NCBI GenBank assembly: GCA_048939995.1
Contig: JBHLOY010000029.1
Location: forward strand, 1 to 16,930
DNA length: 16,930 nucleotides
Source: Promethearchaeota archaeon
GTDB lineage: Archaea > Asgardarchaeota > Lokiarchaeia > Sigyniarchaeales > SOKP01
Direction of reading: 5' to 3'
Below the pieces are notes generated by a model. The model searched no databases. It saw only the letters and a list, made by a program, of their open reading frames with translations, and was not told where the DNA came from. A program made the translations under genes and the position numbers. Of the stretch, positions 7,559 to 15,563 are shown one piece after another; the first letter of the stretch is position 1, and every line of letters starts with the position of its first letter.

Positions 7559-9598
7559 TTGCCCGATTCGAAATCTTTCGAACTATTAAATGCTGAACAG
7601 TTAATGTATAATGGTAAATTCCAGAAGGCTCGCAAAATTATTGAGACTTTAGAAAATAATGATGTAATAACCTCTAAAGATAAAATTTCTCTATTAATAT
7701 TAAAAGGTAGAATTTATAATTATTGTGAACAATATAATGAAGCAATAAAAATAGGTGAGCATGCTTACCAACTAAGTCAGGAACTGGGAGAGGTTTCAGA
7801 ATTAATAGATGCTCTTATTATTCAAGCACATATTGCATTTTTAAGGAAACTAGATAAGGCTTCCGATCTTATCCTAGAAGCAGAAAAATTATTCAATTCA
7901 GAGGTTGATAAATTATCTATTAATTTTCAGAGACTACAAGCGGACTTATTGCTTATGAAGGCAACTATTTATTTGTTTAAAAACGAGATCAATACCGCAT
8001 TAGAATTTGCGTTACAATGGATGGAAATAAGAAAAGAAACAGTTAATAAATTAGATATCTCGCGTGTATACTGCATTTTGAGTAATATATATTTCTATAA
8101 GGATCAAATTGAGATTGCTTTAGATTATGCTTTGAAAAGTCTAGCGTTAAATAAAGAATTATCTAATGAAATTGGTATTGCGACTTCTCTTTCACTAATT
8201 GGAGCAATTTATTATGGTGAAGGTGAATTCGATCAAGCTCTAAAATATTGCAAGCAGAGTTTGACCATTAATAGCATAAGTATTCGTACTAAACTAGATT
8301 CAACACAGATTTTAGGAACTATTTATCGAGAGAGAGGTCAATTAAATAGGGCTTTAAGATATTACAAGCGGACAATTTCATTAGCAGAAAAAGTAAATTG
8401 CATAGATGACATAATATATATTACATTGGGGATAGGAGCAACATATCGGATGAAAGGTGATTATGATCAATCTATGGAATATTTTAAACGTAGTTATTCT
8501 CTTTCCAAGAGTTTAAAATCTTTATTTGGGATTCATGGATCGCTATTTTATTTAATCCTGATTAATCTTGATAAGAATTCCCGTGAACAAGCCCAGAAAT
8601 ATCTTTCTGAGTTAGAGGAAATAGCAAATAAGACTGAAAATAAGATAATTAGCCAAGCATTCCTAATAGCAAAAGCATTAGTTTTGAAAAAAAGTAATCG
8701 AATTCGTAATCGTACAGAAGCAGAAATATATTTAAATCAAGTTGTAGAGGGAGATATTACTATCCCTCAACTACATCTTTTATCACTAGTTAATCTATGT
8801 GATCTCTACATTGAGGAATTATATCTGACAAATAAGGTGGAAATTCTTGATGATATAAATCCATTAATTAGCAAAGTCCTTGAAGTAGCGGAGAAAAGAC
8901 ATTCATTTATATGGTTAGCAGAAACAAAATTATTACAAGCAAAATTAGCACTAATTCAAATGAATTTTGACGAAGCTAAATTAATTTTAACCCAAGCACA
9001 ACAAATAGCGGAACTACATGGCCTAAATTTGCTAGCAATTAAAATTTCTAGTGAACATGATCAGTTACTGGAGCATTTGAATGTTTGGGATAATCTTAAG
9101 AGTAAGAATGCTCCTATGTCAGAACGTATAGAATTAGCCTCCTTTAAAGATGTTATAGATAGATTACAAGGAAAGAGTTCCTTTAAAGAATCAAAGTTGA
9201 CTCCTGAAACTCCTATACTTCTTTTAATAATCGGAGAAGGAGGACTTCCTGTATTTTCCCATTCCTTTACAGAAGAATTATCCTTCCAGAATGGAATTAT
9301 TAGTGGATTTCTTAGTGCATTTAATAGCTTTAGTAATGAGATATTCTCTAAAGGTCTTGATCGAGCTAAATTTGGGGATTATATATTAAATATTCAATCA
9401 GCAGGCTCTTTTTCATTATGCTATTTATTTAAAGGGCAAACTTATATTGCTAAGTTCAAATTAAGCCAATTTCAAAAAGAAATACAAAGTGATTCTGTTA
9501 TTTGGGCCGCTTTAAATAAATTTTTTCAATTGGGTAGAATGGCTGAACTAAATAGCATTCCTCAGCTTAATTCCCTTATTCAAAAAATATTTAAATGA
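7559..9598 (+). CDS. TPR-repeat protein with a C-terminal longin-like domain (start TTG 7559 or ATG 7547)
   Basis: TPR repeats (LSLIGAIYYGEGEFDQALKYCKQSL; LGTIYRERGQLNRALRYYKRTI; IGATYRMKGDYDQSMEYFKRSY). C-terminal LLLIIGEGGLPVFSHSF...ISGFLSAFNSFSNEIF resembles longin/profilin-like folds. GGAGGT at 7549-7554 precedes an in-frame TTG at 7559. Confidence 0.8.
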   Translation: MPDSKSFELLNAEQLMYNGKFQKARKIIETLENNDVITSKDKISLLILKGRIYNYCEQYNEAIKIGEHAYQLSQELGEVSELIDALIIQAHIAFLRKLDKASDLILEAEKLFNSEVDKLSINFQRLQADLLLMKATIYLFKNEINTALEFALQWMEIRKETVNKLDISRVYCILSNIYFYKDQIEIALDYALKSLALNKELSNEIGIATSLSLIGAIYYGEGEFDQALKYCKQSLTINSISIRTKLDSTQILGTIYRERGQLNRALRYYKRTISLAEKVNCIDDIIYITLGIGATYRMKGDYDQSMEYFKRSYSLSKSLKSLFGIHGSLFYLILINLDKNSREQAQKYLSELEEIANKTENKIISQAFLIAKALVLKKSNRIRNRTEAEIYLNQVVEGDITIPQLHLLSLVNLCDLYIEELYLTNKVEILDDINPLISKVLEVAEKRHSFIWLAETKLLQAKLALIQMNFDEAKLILTQAQQIAELHGLNLLAIKISSEHDQLLEHLNVWDNLKSKNAPMSERIELASFKDVIDRLQGKSSFKESKLTPETPILLLIIGEGGLPVFSHSFTEELSFQNGIISGFLSAFNSFSNEIFSKGLDRAKFGDYILNIQSAGSFSLCYLFKGQTYIAKFKLSQFQKEIQSDSVIWAALNKFFQLGRMAELNSIPQLNSLIQKIFK

Positions 9599-9667
9599 AT
9601 TTCTTTAAATTTAGTAATCTTAACATAATTTTTTTAAGTGATTAAGGCATAAGAAAAATTGATCTGG

Positions 9668-10021
9668 ATGAAATTTGGGGAAAAAATTGAATGGAAAAAA
9701 TGTAATAATTGTGGTTTTTTACAATATATCTCCCATCTTAGATGCTTAAAATGTAAATTTTATGAATTTACTCAAATAAAACCCTTAAAAATCTGTAAAT
9801 TATTGACTTATACAATTTTGACATCTCCTCCTTTAGAGTTTAGAAATCAAAAATCCTATGCGCTTGGAGTTGTAGAGTTTGAGAACAAAACAAAAGCTCT
9901 TGGACAAATTACTACTGAAGAGAATCTCTATCCTGGAATGGTTTTGAAGCCTGTGCATAGAAAGATCTGTGATAATCTCGATGGGAAGGAAGTTTATAAT
10001 TATGTTTTTGATCCTGCGTAA
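9668..10021 (+). CDS. DUF35-family Zn-ribbon/OB-fold protein (acyl-CoA associated)
   Basis: KKCNNCG...RCLKC zinc ribbon followed by LLTYT...YALGVVEFE...ALGQ...LYPGMVLKPV OB fold. Start is ATG 9668 or TTG 9659. Confidence 0.85.
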   Translation: MKFGEKIEWKKCNNCGFLQYISHLRCLKCKFYEFTQIKPLKICKLLTYTILTSPPLEFRNQKSYALGVVEFENKTKALGQITTEENLYPGMVLKPVHRKICDNLDGKEVYNYVFDPA

Positions 10022-10101
10022 ACATAAAATTGAATAATCTATTTTTAAAAACTATTAAGTAGAATTTGAATTAAAATATCAATGATAAAAAGGCTCAAAT
10101 T

Positions 10102-11778
10102 ATGTTTTCTAAAGATGAACTCGATAAAATTAAAAGCGAACGGAAAGATTGGGAAGAAAGAATCTTATCTAAATATATAAAAATAGGAGAAACAAAAAAG
10201 AAATTTGAAACGCCTTCAGGAATCCCGTTAAAACAGATATATGGACCAGATGATATTGAAAATATAAGATATTTAAATGATCTTGGATTTCCAGGGAGTC
10301 CGCCTTTTACTAGAGGAGTTTATCCTAATATGTATCGAGGAAGAGTATGGACTATGCGGCAGTATGCAGGATTTGCAGATGCTACCAAAACTAATGAAAG
10401 ATTTAAATATCTAATATCACAAGGTCAGATGGGGTTATCTATCGCTTTTGATTTACCGACTCAGATGGGTTATAATTCTACTAATCAGTTATGCTTAGGA
10501 GAAGTTGGAAGGGTTGGGGTAACTGTCAATTCGCTAAAAGATTTTGAACAGGTCTTCGAAGGAATCCCATTAGACAAAGTATCAACAAGTATGACAATTA
10601 ATGCCCCCGCTTCTATTTTATTAGCAATGTATATTGCAGTTGGAGAAAAGCAAGGAATATCACCAGAAAAGTTAATCGGAACAGTTCAAAATGATATTTT
10701 AAAGGAATATGTTGCTAGAGGTACGTATATATTCCCACCAAAACCCTCATTGAGACTTACAGCAGATGTTATTGAATATTGTTCAGAAAATATGCCTCGT
10801 TTCAATACCATCTCTATTAGTGGATATCACATGCGAGAAGCAGGATGTAATGCAATACAAGAAATAGCATTTACAATAGCTGATGGAATCGCCTATATAG
10901 AAGAAGTTTTAAATAGAGGAATCAATATAGATGATTTCGCTTCCAGGTTATCTTTCTTCTTTACAACTCACAATCATTTTTTCGAGGAAATAGCAAAATT
11001 AAGAGCAGTTAGAAGGTTGTGGGCAAATATTATGAAAACTAGATTTAATGCTCAAAATCCTGATTCTTTGCGATTGAGGTTTCATACCCAGACTGCAGGG
11101 GTTACTTTAACTGCTCAACAACCAAACGTAAATATCATTCGAGTAACTCTTCAAGCTTTAGCAGCAGTTTTAGGGGGTACCCAATCTCTACATGCCTGCG
11201 GTGCCGATGAAGCTTTATGTCTTCCCACTGAAGATTCTGTTCGTTTATCATTAAGAACTCAACAAGTAATAGCATATGAATCAGGGGCCACTGACGTTGT
11301 AGATCCACTCGGGGGTTCATTTTATATCGAATATTTAACTAATGAATTAGAAAAGAAAGCTCTTGAATATATTAAGGTAATTGATGAGATGGGAGGAATA
11401 ACAGTTGCGGTCGAAAAAGGATTTATTCAACAAGAAATTCAAAATAATGCATATACTGAACAAAAGAAAATAGATGAGTGCCTAGATTTAAGAGTAGGTG
11501 TAAATACGTTCTGTACTGAAAAGGAAATAAAAATTGATACTTTTAAATTCGATTCAGAATTTGAACAAAAAACACTGCAATCCTTAAGTGAATTAAAATC
11601 GATCAGAGATAATGAAGTTGTCAATAAAACATTAAAAGAATTAAAAGAAGTAGCAAAATCTTCAAAAAATATCATGCCGATTATGATAGAAGCTGTTAAA
11701 ACTTACGCTACTATTGAAGAGATAAGTAATGTATTAAGAGAGGTTTTTGGAGAATATCATAGTCCTCAAATATTTTAA
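10102..11778 (+). CDS. mcmA1: Methylmalonyl-CoA mutase, N-terminal/large (substrate-binding) subunit of a split enzyme
   Basis: PFTRGVYPNMY, WTMRQYAGF, GLSIAFDLPTQMG, GTVQNDILKEYVARGTY, ISGYHMREAG, HTQTAG, GGTQSLH, DPLGGS; no C-terminal DxHxxG B12-binding domain. Confidence 0.93.
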   Translation: MFSKDELDKIKSERKDWEERILSKYIKIGETKKKFETPSGIPLKQIYGPDDIENIRYLNDLGFPGSPPFTRGVYPNMYRGRVWTMRQYAGFADATKTNERFKYLISQGQMGLSIAFDLPTQMGYNSTNQLCLGEVGRVGVTVNSLKDFEQVFEGIPLDKVSTSMTINAPASILLAMYIAVGEKQGISPEKLIGTVQNDILKEYVARGTYIFPPKPSLRLTADVIEYCSENMPRFNTISISGYHMREAGCNAIQEIAFTIADGIAYIEEVLNRGINIDDFASRLSFFFTTHNHFFEEIAKLRAVRRLWANIMKTRFNAQNPDSLRLRFHTQTAGVTLTAQQPNVNIIRVTLQALAAVLGGTQSLHACGADEALCLPTEDSVRLSLRTQQVIAYESGATDVVDPLGGSFYIEYLTNELEKKALEYIKVIDEMGGITVAVEKGFIQQEIQNNAYTEQKKIDECLDLRVGVNTFCTEKEIKIDTFKFDSEFEQKTLQSLSELKSIRDNEVVNKTLKELKEVAKSSKNIMPIMIEAVKTYATIEEISNVLREVFGEYHSPQIF

Positions 11779-11903
11779 TTCTTATACCCAATAACTTCTC
11801 TATTTTCAACTTTTTTAATTATTTTTCAAATCTTACAATAATGTAAAAATATATATTACTAAGGATAATCTATAAAATCACAATCAAATAGGCTAATTTA
11901 ATC

Positions 11904-13346
11904 TTAAATTTCTATTTTTTTTAATTGCCTTTTTTTAAATTTTGAAATTTTAGGTAATAAATGTATGAATTCCAAAGGATCCTTAAATATAGGCACTTTT
12001 TTCTCTGCTAAAATCCTAGAAATACGAATATGTTCTTCTGGCGTATTAGCAGGTTGAATTATTGGAAATAAGGGTTTTTTATATTTGTGTCCCAAGGTAA
12101 GTGCTTCAATCATATTTTTTTCATAATCCTTATTAGGATTTATAAAAAATTCATAGCTAAAATACCAGCTGGGGAAATCCATTATGAGAGCATCCATGTT
12201 TTTATCTGATAAAGCTATATCAATAATTTTCTTAATTGATTCACTGTAGTTCAATTGAGCTGCTACATCTAATGGATTTCTTGGACTAGTACCATTGATA
12301 AAGAGTTCATTATTCAGTTCCTCCTGAACTTTTTGACTAAATTCTGGAACCTTCATACCAGCAGCTTCAATTAAATCAACTAGAACGACACCATAACCCC
12401 CGCTTATGCTAAAAACTGCAATGTTTTCTAGAACATTACATCCATAAAAATCAACTATCCGAGCTGCATTTAATAATTCTTCTAAGCTATCAACTTCAAT
12501 GAGATTATATTGCTTAAATAAGGAATGCCATATACGTGTATTTCCTGCCACAGAAGCCGTATGTGTTTTAGCAGCAAATTCTCCTCTTTCTGATTTTCCA
12601 CCCTTCAAAATTACAATTGGTTTCTTGTTATTATTTAGGATGTTTCTTAAAGTTTGAACTCTATTTTGCTTAATTCCCTCAACATAACTTAAAATGATAT
12701 CTGTTTCAGAGTCATTACTCAAGAAATGAAGAAGATCAACAAAGTCTATATCTGCTCCATTACCAAAAGAAAATACCTTGGAAAAATTTATTCCATATTC
12801 TTTTGCAGAATAAATAGCAATATTACATATTCCCCCTGATTGAGCAATAAATCCAATATTTCCTTTTGTTGTTGGAAATTTACTTCGCCATGTTATTCCT
12901 AACTTTGGATAGAAAAGCCCCATGCCATTTGGTCCTAATATTCTTACCTTATTTTTCGCTCTTTTTATGAGTTCTTTTTCTAGTGCAATCCCTTCTATAG
13001 TACCTGAGTCCGAAAATTCTGCTGTAAAAATAGTAACCAATTTTACAGCTTTTTCAACACAATCATCTATGATATTCAATACAAGACTTGCGGGAACTGC
13101 TATAAAAGCAAAATCTAAATCTCCAGGAACATCTTTTACACTCTCATATATATTTTCTTTAGGAAAATCAGGAATTTCATTTAAAGTAGGATGAATTGCA
13201 TAAAGTTTTCCTTTAAAGTTCTCTTGATGGTTCTTTAAAAAAAAAAAATTTCTTCTTTGCGAAGGTCCAATGATAGCCATCGAATTGATATCATTAATAA
13301 ACGAGATATCTTTTACTGTTAAGTCAAAGGGCTCTAATGGTGCCAT
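11904..13346 (-). CDS. Acyl-CoA synthetase (NDP-forming) alpha-subunit family, CoA-binding protein
   Basis: CoA-binding domain (MAIIGPS, DLDFAFIAVPA), ILGPNGMG, IAQSGG, SFGNGAD, LKGGKS, the phospho-His motif AKTHTAS, ISGGYG and NPLD; no ATP-grasp beta domain. Confidence 0.88.
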   Translation of the reverse strand: MAPLEPFDLTVKDISFINDINSMAIIGPSQRRNFFFLKNHQENFKGKLYAIHPTLNEIPDFPKENIYESVKDVPGDLDFAFIAVPASLVLNIIDDCVEKAVKLVTIFTAEFSDSGTIEGIALEKELIKRAKNKVRILGPNGMGLFYPKLGITWRSKFPTTKGNIGFIAQSGGICNIAIYSAKEYGINFSKVFSFGNGADIDFVDLLHFLSNDSETDIILSYVEGIKQNRVQTLRNILNNNKKPIVILKGGKSERGEFAAKTHTASVAGNTRIWHSLFKQYNLIEVDSLEELLNAARIVDFYGCNVLENIAVFSISGGYGVVLVDLIEAAGMKVPEFSQKVQEELNNELFINGTSPRNPLDVAAQLNYSESIKKIIDIALSDKNMDALIMDFPSWYFSYEFFINPNKDYEKNMIEALTLGHKYKKPLFPIIQPANTPEEHIRISRILAEKKVPIFKDPLEFIHLLPKISKFKKRQLKKIEI

Positions 13347-13421
13347 TTAATTTTAAAAATTCATCATTAGATTAATATTTTACATGAACCATAATGTTTG
13401 AAACAATCATCATTAATGGAA

Positions 13422-13440
13422 TACTTTGTGATACAAAGCT
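13422..13440. promoter_or_regulatory. Operator copy 1: TACTTTGT-GAT-ACAAAGCT
   Basis: CTTTGT-N3-ACAAAG inverted repeat abutting TTTAAATA. Confidence 0.75.
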
Positions 13441-13447
13441 TTAAATA
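13440..13447 (+). promoter_or_regulatory. TATA box (TTTAAATA) of the CPBP/ABC operon
   Basis: Matches the archaeal TATA consensus and lies between the two operator copies. Confidence 0.55.
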
Positions 13448-13473
13448 TGAAACTTAACTATTTTCACATAAAG

Positions 13474-13492
13474 TACTTTGTCATACAAAGTA
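13474..13492. promoter_or_regulatory. Operator copy 2: TACTTTGT-CAT-ACAAAGTA
   Basis: Perfect 8-bp inverted repeat with a 3-nt spacer; near-identical to copy 1 and 52 bp downstream of it. Confidence 0.78.
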
Positions 13493-13536
13493 GAAAATTT
13501 TGTTTAATTTCTCAAAAAAATGAAAAAATAGAAATA

Positions 13537-14706
13537 ATGAATATGGTTGATTTAAATCTAGATAGTAGGAAACTAAGAATAAAGATTAAAAACCCAAAAC
13601 TTAAATTTCTAAAATTACTGACTCCGATATTAGCCCTAATAGCCAGTATTAATGTTCAATTAATATTTTCTTACATATTTTTATTCATTATTCCATTCAT
13701 CAATCTAATTACTCCATTAAACCAAGTATCTGCTTCATTATTAATTTTGTTCTTAAGTCAAATTTGTGGATCCATAATCGTTTACTTTATTTTCCTACGA
13801 TTTTTCCATATTCAAAAAGACTTTTCCGATCCAATGAGAGGTTCAAACTTATCATGTAATATATCACTAATTTCTATGGGCTACTGTATATGTGCATTGA
13901 TTTCTATCTTTCTCACATTTATATTTACGTTGTTAAATTTAAAACCTCAAACTGGATATGATGCAATTTTACCAGAAACTCAATATCTAACAGATACATT
14001 TACAATAATATTATATTTTACTACCCCAACTTTGGGTGCTGGAGTTTTTGAAGAATTGTCTTTTCGGCGAATGGCAATCCCACTCTTAGAAAAGCATGGA
14101 TTCAGTCCATTTTCAGCAGTTTTAACAACAGCTTCGTTTTTTAGTATTTCTCATATTCCCAATGATTTGCTTAATGGCAATCTATCAGGAGGCATTATTC
14201 ACAGTCTCGTAGTATTTTTTATTGGATTGGTTGCGGGATTAATGTATATTTTTAGTCGAAAGGTAATTTATTCAATAATAATTCATGCCACATTGAACTT
14301 TTTATCCTTTGCTGGATATCTAATCGCGTTAATTGGTGTTCCAATGCTTATGATTATCAATTCTTCCTTAAGCTATGCATTAATAATTTTGGGAGGTATA
14401 ATTCTGATCTATTTCCTATCAAAATTCATTTACAAGCCAAATTGGTTATGGCGAATAAAATTAAGAGAGAAGTCGAGATTTAGCGGAAAATTATCTATTT
14501 TAGGTTTTTTAATAGTGGGTACTATTTACATCGTGATTATAACCTTAATTCAGTTTATAGCCCCATTCTTAATTTCAATTGGTGCAACAGTAGAGAACAC
14601 TCTTTTAGTAATTATTAGTTTATTTCTGGTATCTCTTTTAGCTATCCTATGGATTGGAAATAAAAAAAATCAAATTATTTTTGATAAAAGAAAAAAAATA
14701 GAATAA
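13537..14706 (+). CDS. CPBP (CAAX protease/bacteriocin-processing, Abi) family intramembrane glutamic protease
   Basis: EELSFRR (EExxxR), FSISH (FxxxH), HATLN (HxxxN) and many TM segments. Start is more likely 13537 or 13543, because ATG 13447 overlaps the TATA box and that extension runs through operator copy 2. Confidence 0.88.
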   Translation: MNMVDLNLDSRKLRIKIKNPKLKFLKLLTPILALIASINVQLIFSYIFLFIIPFINLITPLNQVSASLLILFLSQICGSIIVYFIFLRFFHIQKDFSDPMRGSNLSCNISLISMGYCICALISIFLTFIFTLLNLKPQTGYDAILPETQYLTDTFTIILYFTTPTLGAGVFEELSFRRMAIPLLEKHGFSPFSAVLTTASFFSISHIPNDLLNGNLSGGIIHSLVVFFIGLVAGLMYIFSRKVIYSIIIHATLNFLSFAGYLIALIGVPMLMIINSSLSYALIILGGIILIYFLSKFIYKPNWLWRIKLREKSRFSGKLSILGFLIVGTIYIVIITLIQFIAPFLISIGATVENTLLVIISLFLVSLLAILWIGNKKNQIIFDKRKKIE

Positions 14707-14722
14707 TTATGAGGTGTGAAAA

Positions 14723-15556
14723 ATAAAAGCAAAATATGCAATCGAGGCTCAAAATCTAACAAAATATTTTGGTCCTCTTTCAGCAGTGAAAGAATTAAAT
14801 TTAAAGATATCACATGGAAAGACCTATGGGTTATTGGGACCCAATGGAGCAGGAAAAACAACTACAATAAGAATTCTCAATGCGATTATATCTAAATCTT
14901 CTGGAAATGCTTTAATTGGTGGATTTGATATAGTCAAGCAAAGCAATGAAGTAAAAAGAATTTGTGGGTTTTTACCCGAGACTCCAGGATTATATTCAAA
15001 ACTAACAGCACGAGAATTCTTGGAATTTATTGCGGAATTATATTATTTACCTAAAGAGGTAATTTCAGCCCGAATCGACGAACTGTTAGGAATTTTCGAT
15101 TTAGAAGGTAGAGAAAACGATCTCTTAGAGAGTTATTCAAGGGGAATGAAGCAAAAGGTGTGTTTATGTGCTGCTCTAATTCAGGATCCAGAAATTATTT
15201 TTTTAGATGAACCAACATCAAATTTAGATCCTGCTACTGCTCGAATGGTAAAAGATCTTATAAAAGAACTTGCAAAAAAAGCGGATAAAACTGTGTTCAT
15301 TTGTACTCATCTACTAGATATTGCAGAAGAATTATGTGATATAATTGGTATTATTGTTGATGGAGAATTAAAAATTGAAGGCACTCCAAAAGAGATAATT
15401 GAGTTTGTAGGGGCTAAGAATTTAGAAGAAGCATATTTAAAAGTTACTGGAGCGTCTCATATTGAAGACTTACTAGCTTGGAGACATGAAAATTCGAATA
15501 ATGAGAAGAAACAGAAAAAGCGAAGTAGGAAAGAAAGGAAAACCAAAAAGAGGTAA
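14723..15556 (+). CDS. ABC transporter ATP-binding protein (ABC-2/export type); N-terminus extends upstream of the track's GTG at 14786
   Basis: Walker A GPNGAGKTT, signature YSRGM, Walker B IIFLDEPT, H-loop CTH. The in-frame upstream sequence IKAKYAIEAQNLTKYFGPLSAV is the canonical first strands of the domain; GAGGTG SD at 14711-14716. Confidence 0.9.
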   Translation: MKAKYAIEAQNLTKYFGPLSAVKELNLKISHGKTYGLLGPNGAGKTTTIRILNAIISKSSGNALIGGFDIVKQSNEVKRICGFLPETPGLYSKLTAREFLEFIAELYYLPKEVISARIDELLGIFDLEGRENDLLESYSRGMKQKVCLCAALIQDPEIIFLDEPTSNLDPATARMVKDLIKELAKKADKTVFICTHLLDIAEELCDIIGIIVDGELKIEGTPKEIIEFVGAKNLEEAYLKVTGASHIEDLLAWRHENSNNEKKQKKRSRKERKTKKR

Positions 15557-15563
15557 GTTTAAT

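Noticed and set aside
10022-10101. Cobalamin riboswitch upstream of the mutase (or of the B12 radical SAM gene)
   Set aside because: The intergenic regions are too short and AT-rich, and no B12-box is visible.
11135-13194. ORFs 11135..11320, 11439..11675 and 12922..13194
   Set aside because: Antisense shadows of the mutase and acyl-CoA synthetase genes.
13537-14706. CPBP protease acting as the CAAX protease for the local GTPase
   Set aside because: The GTPase has no C-terminal cysteine or CAAX motif.
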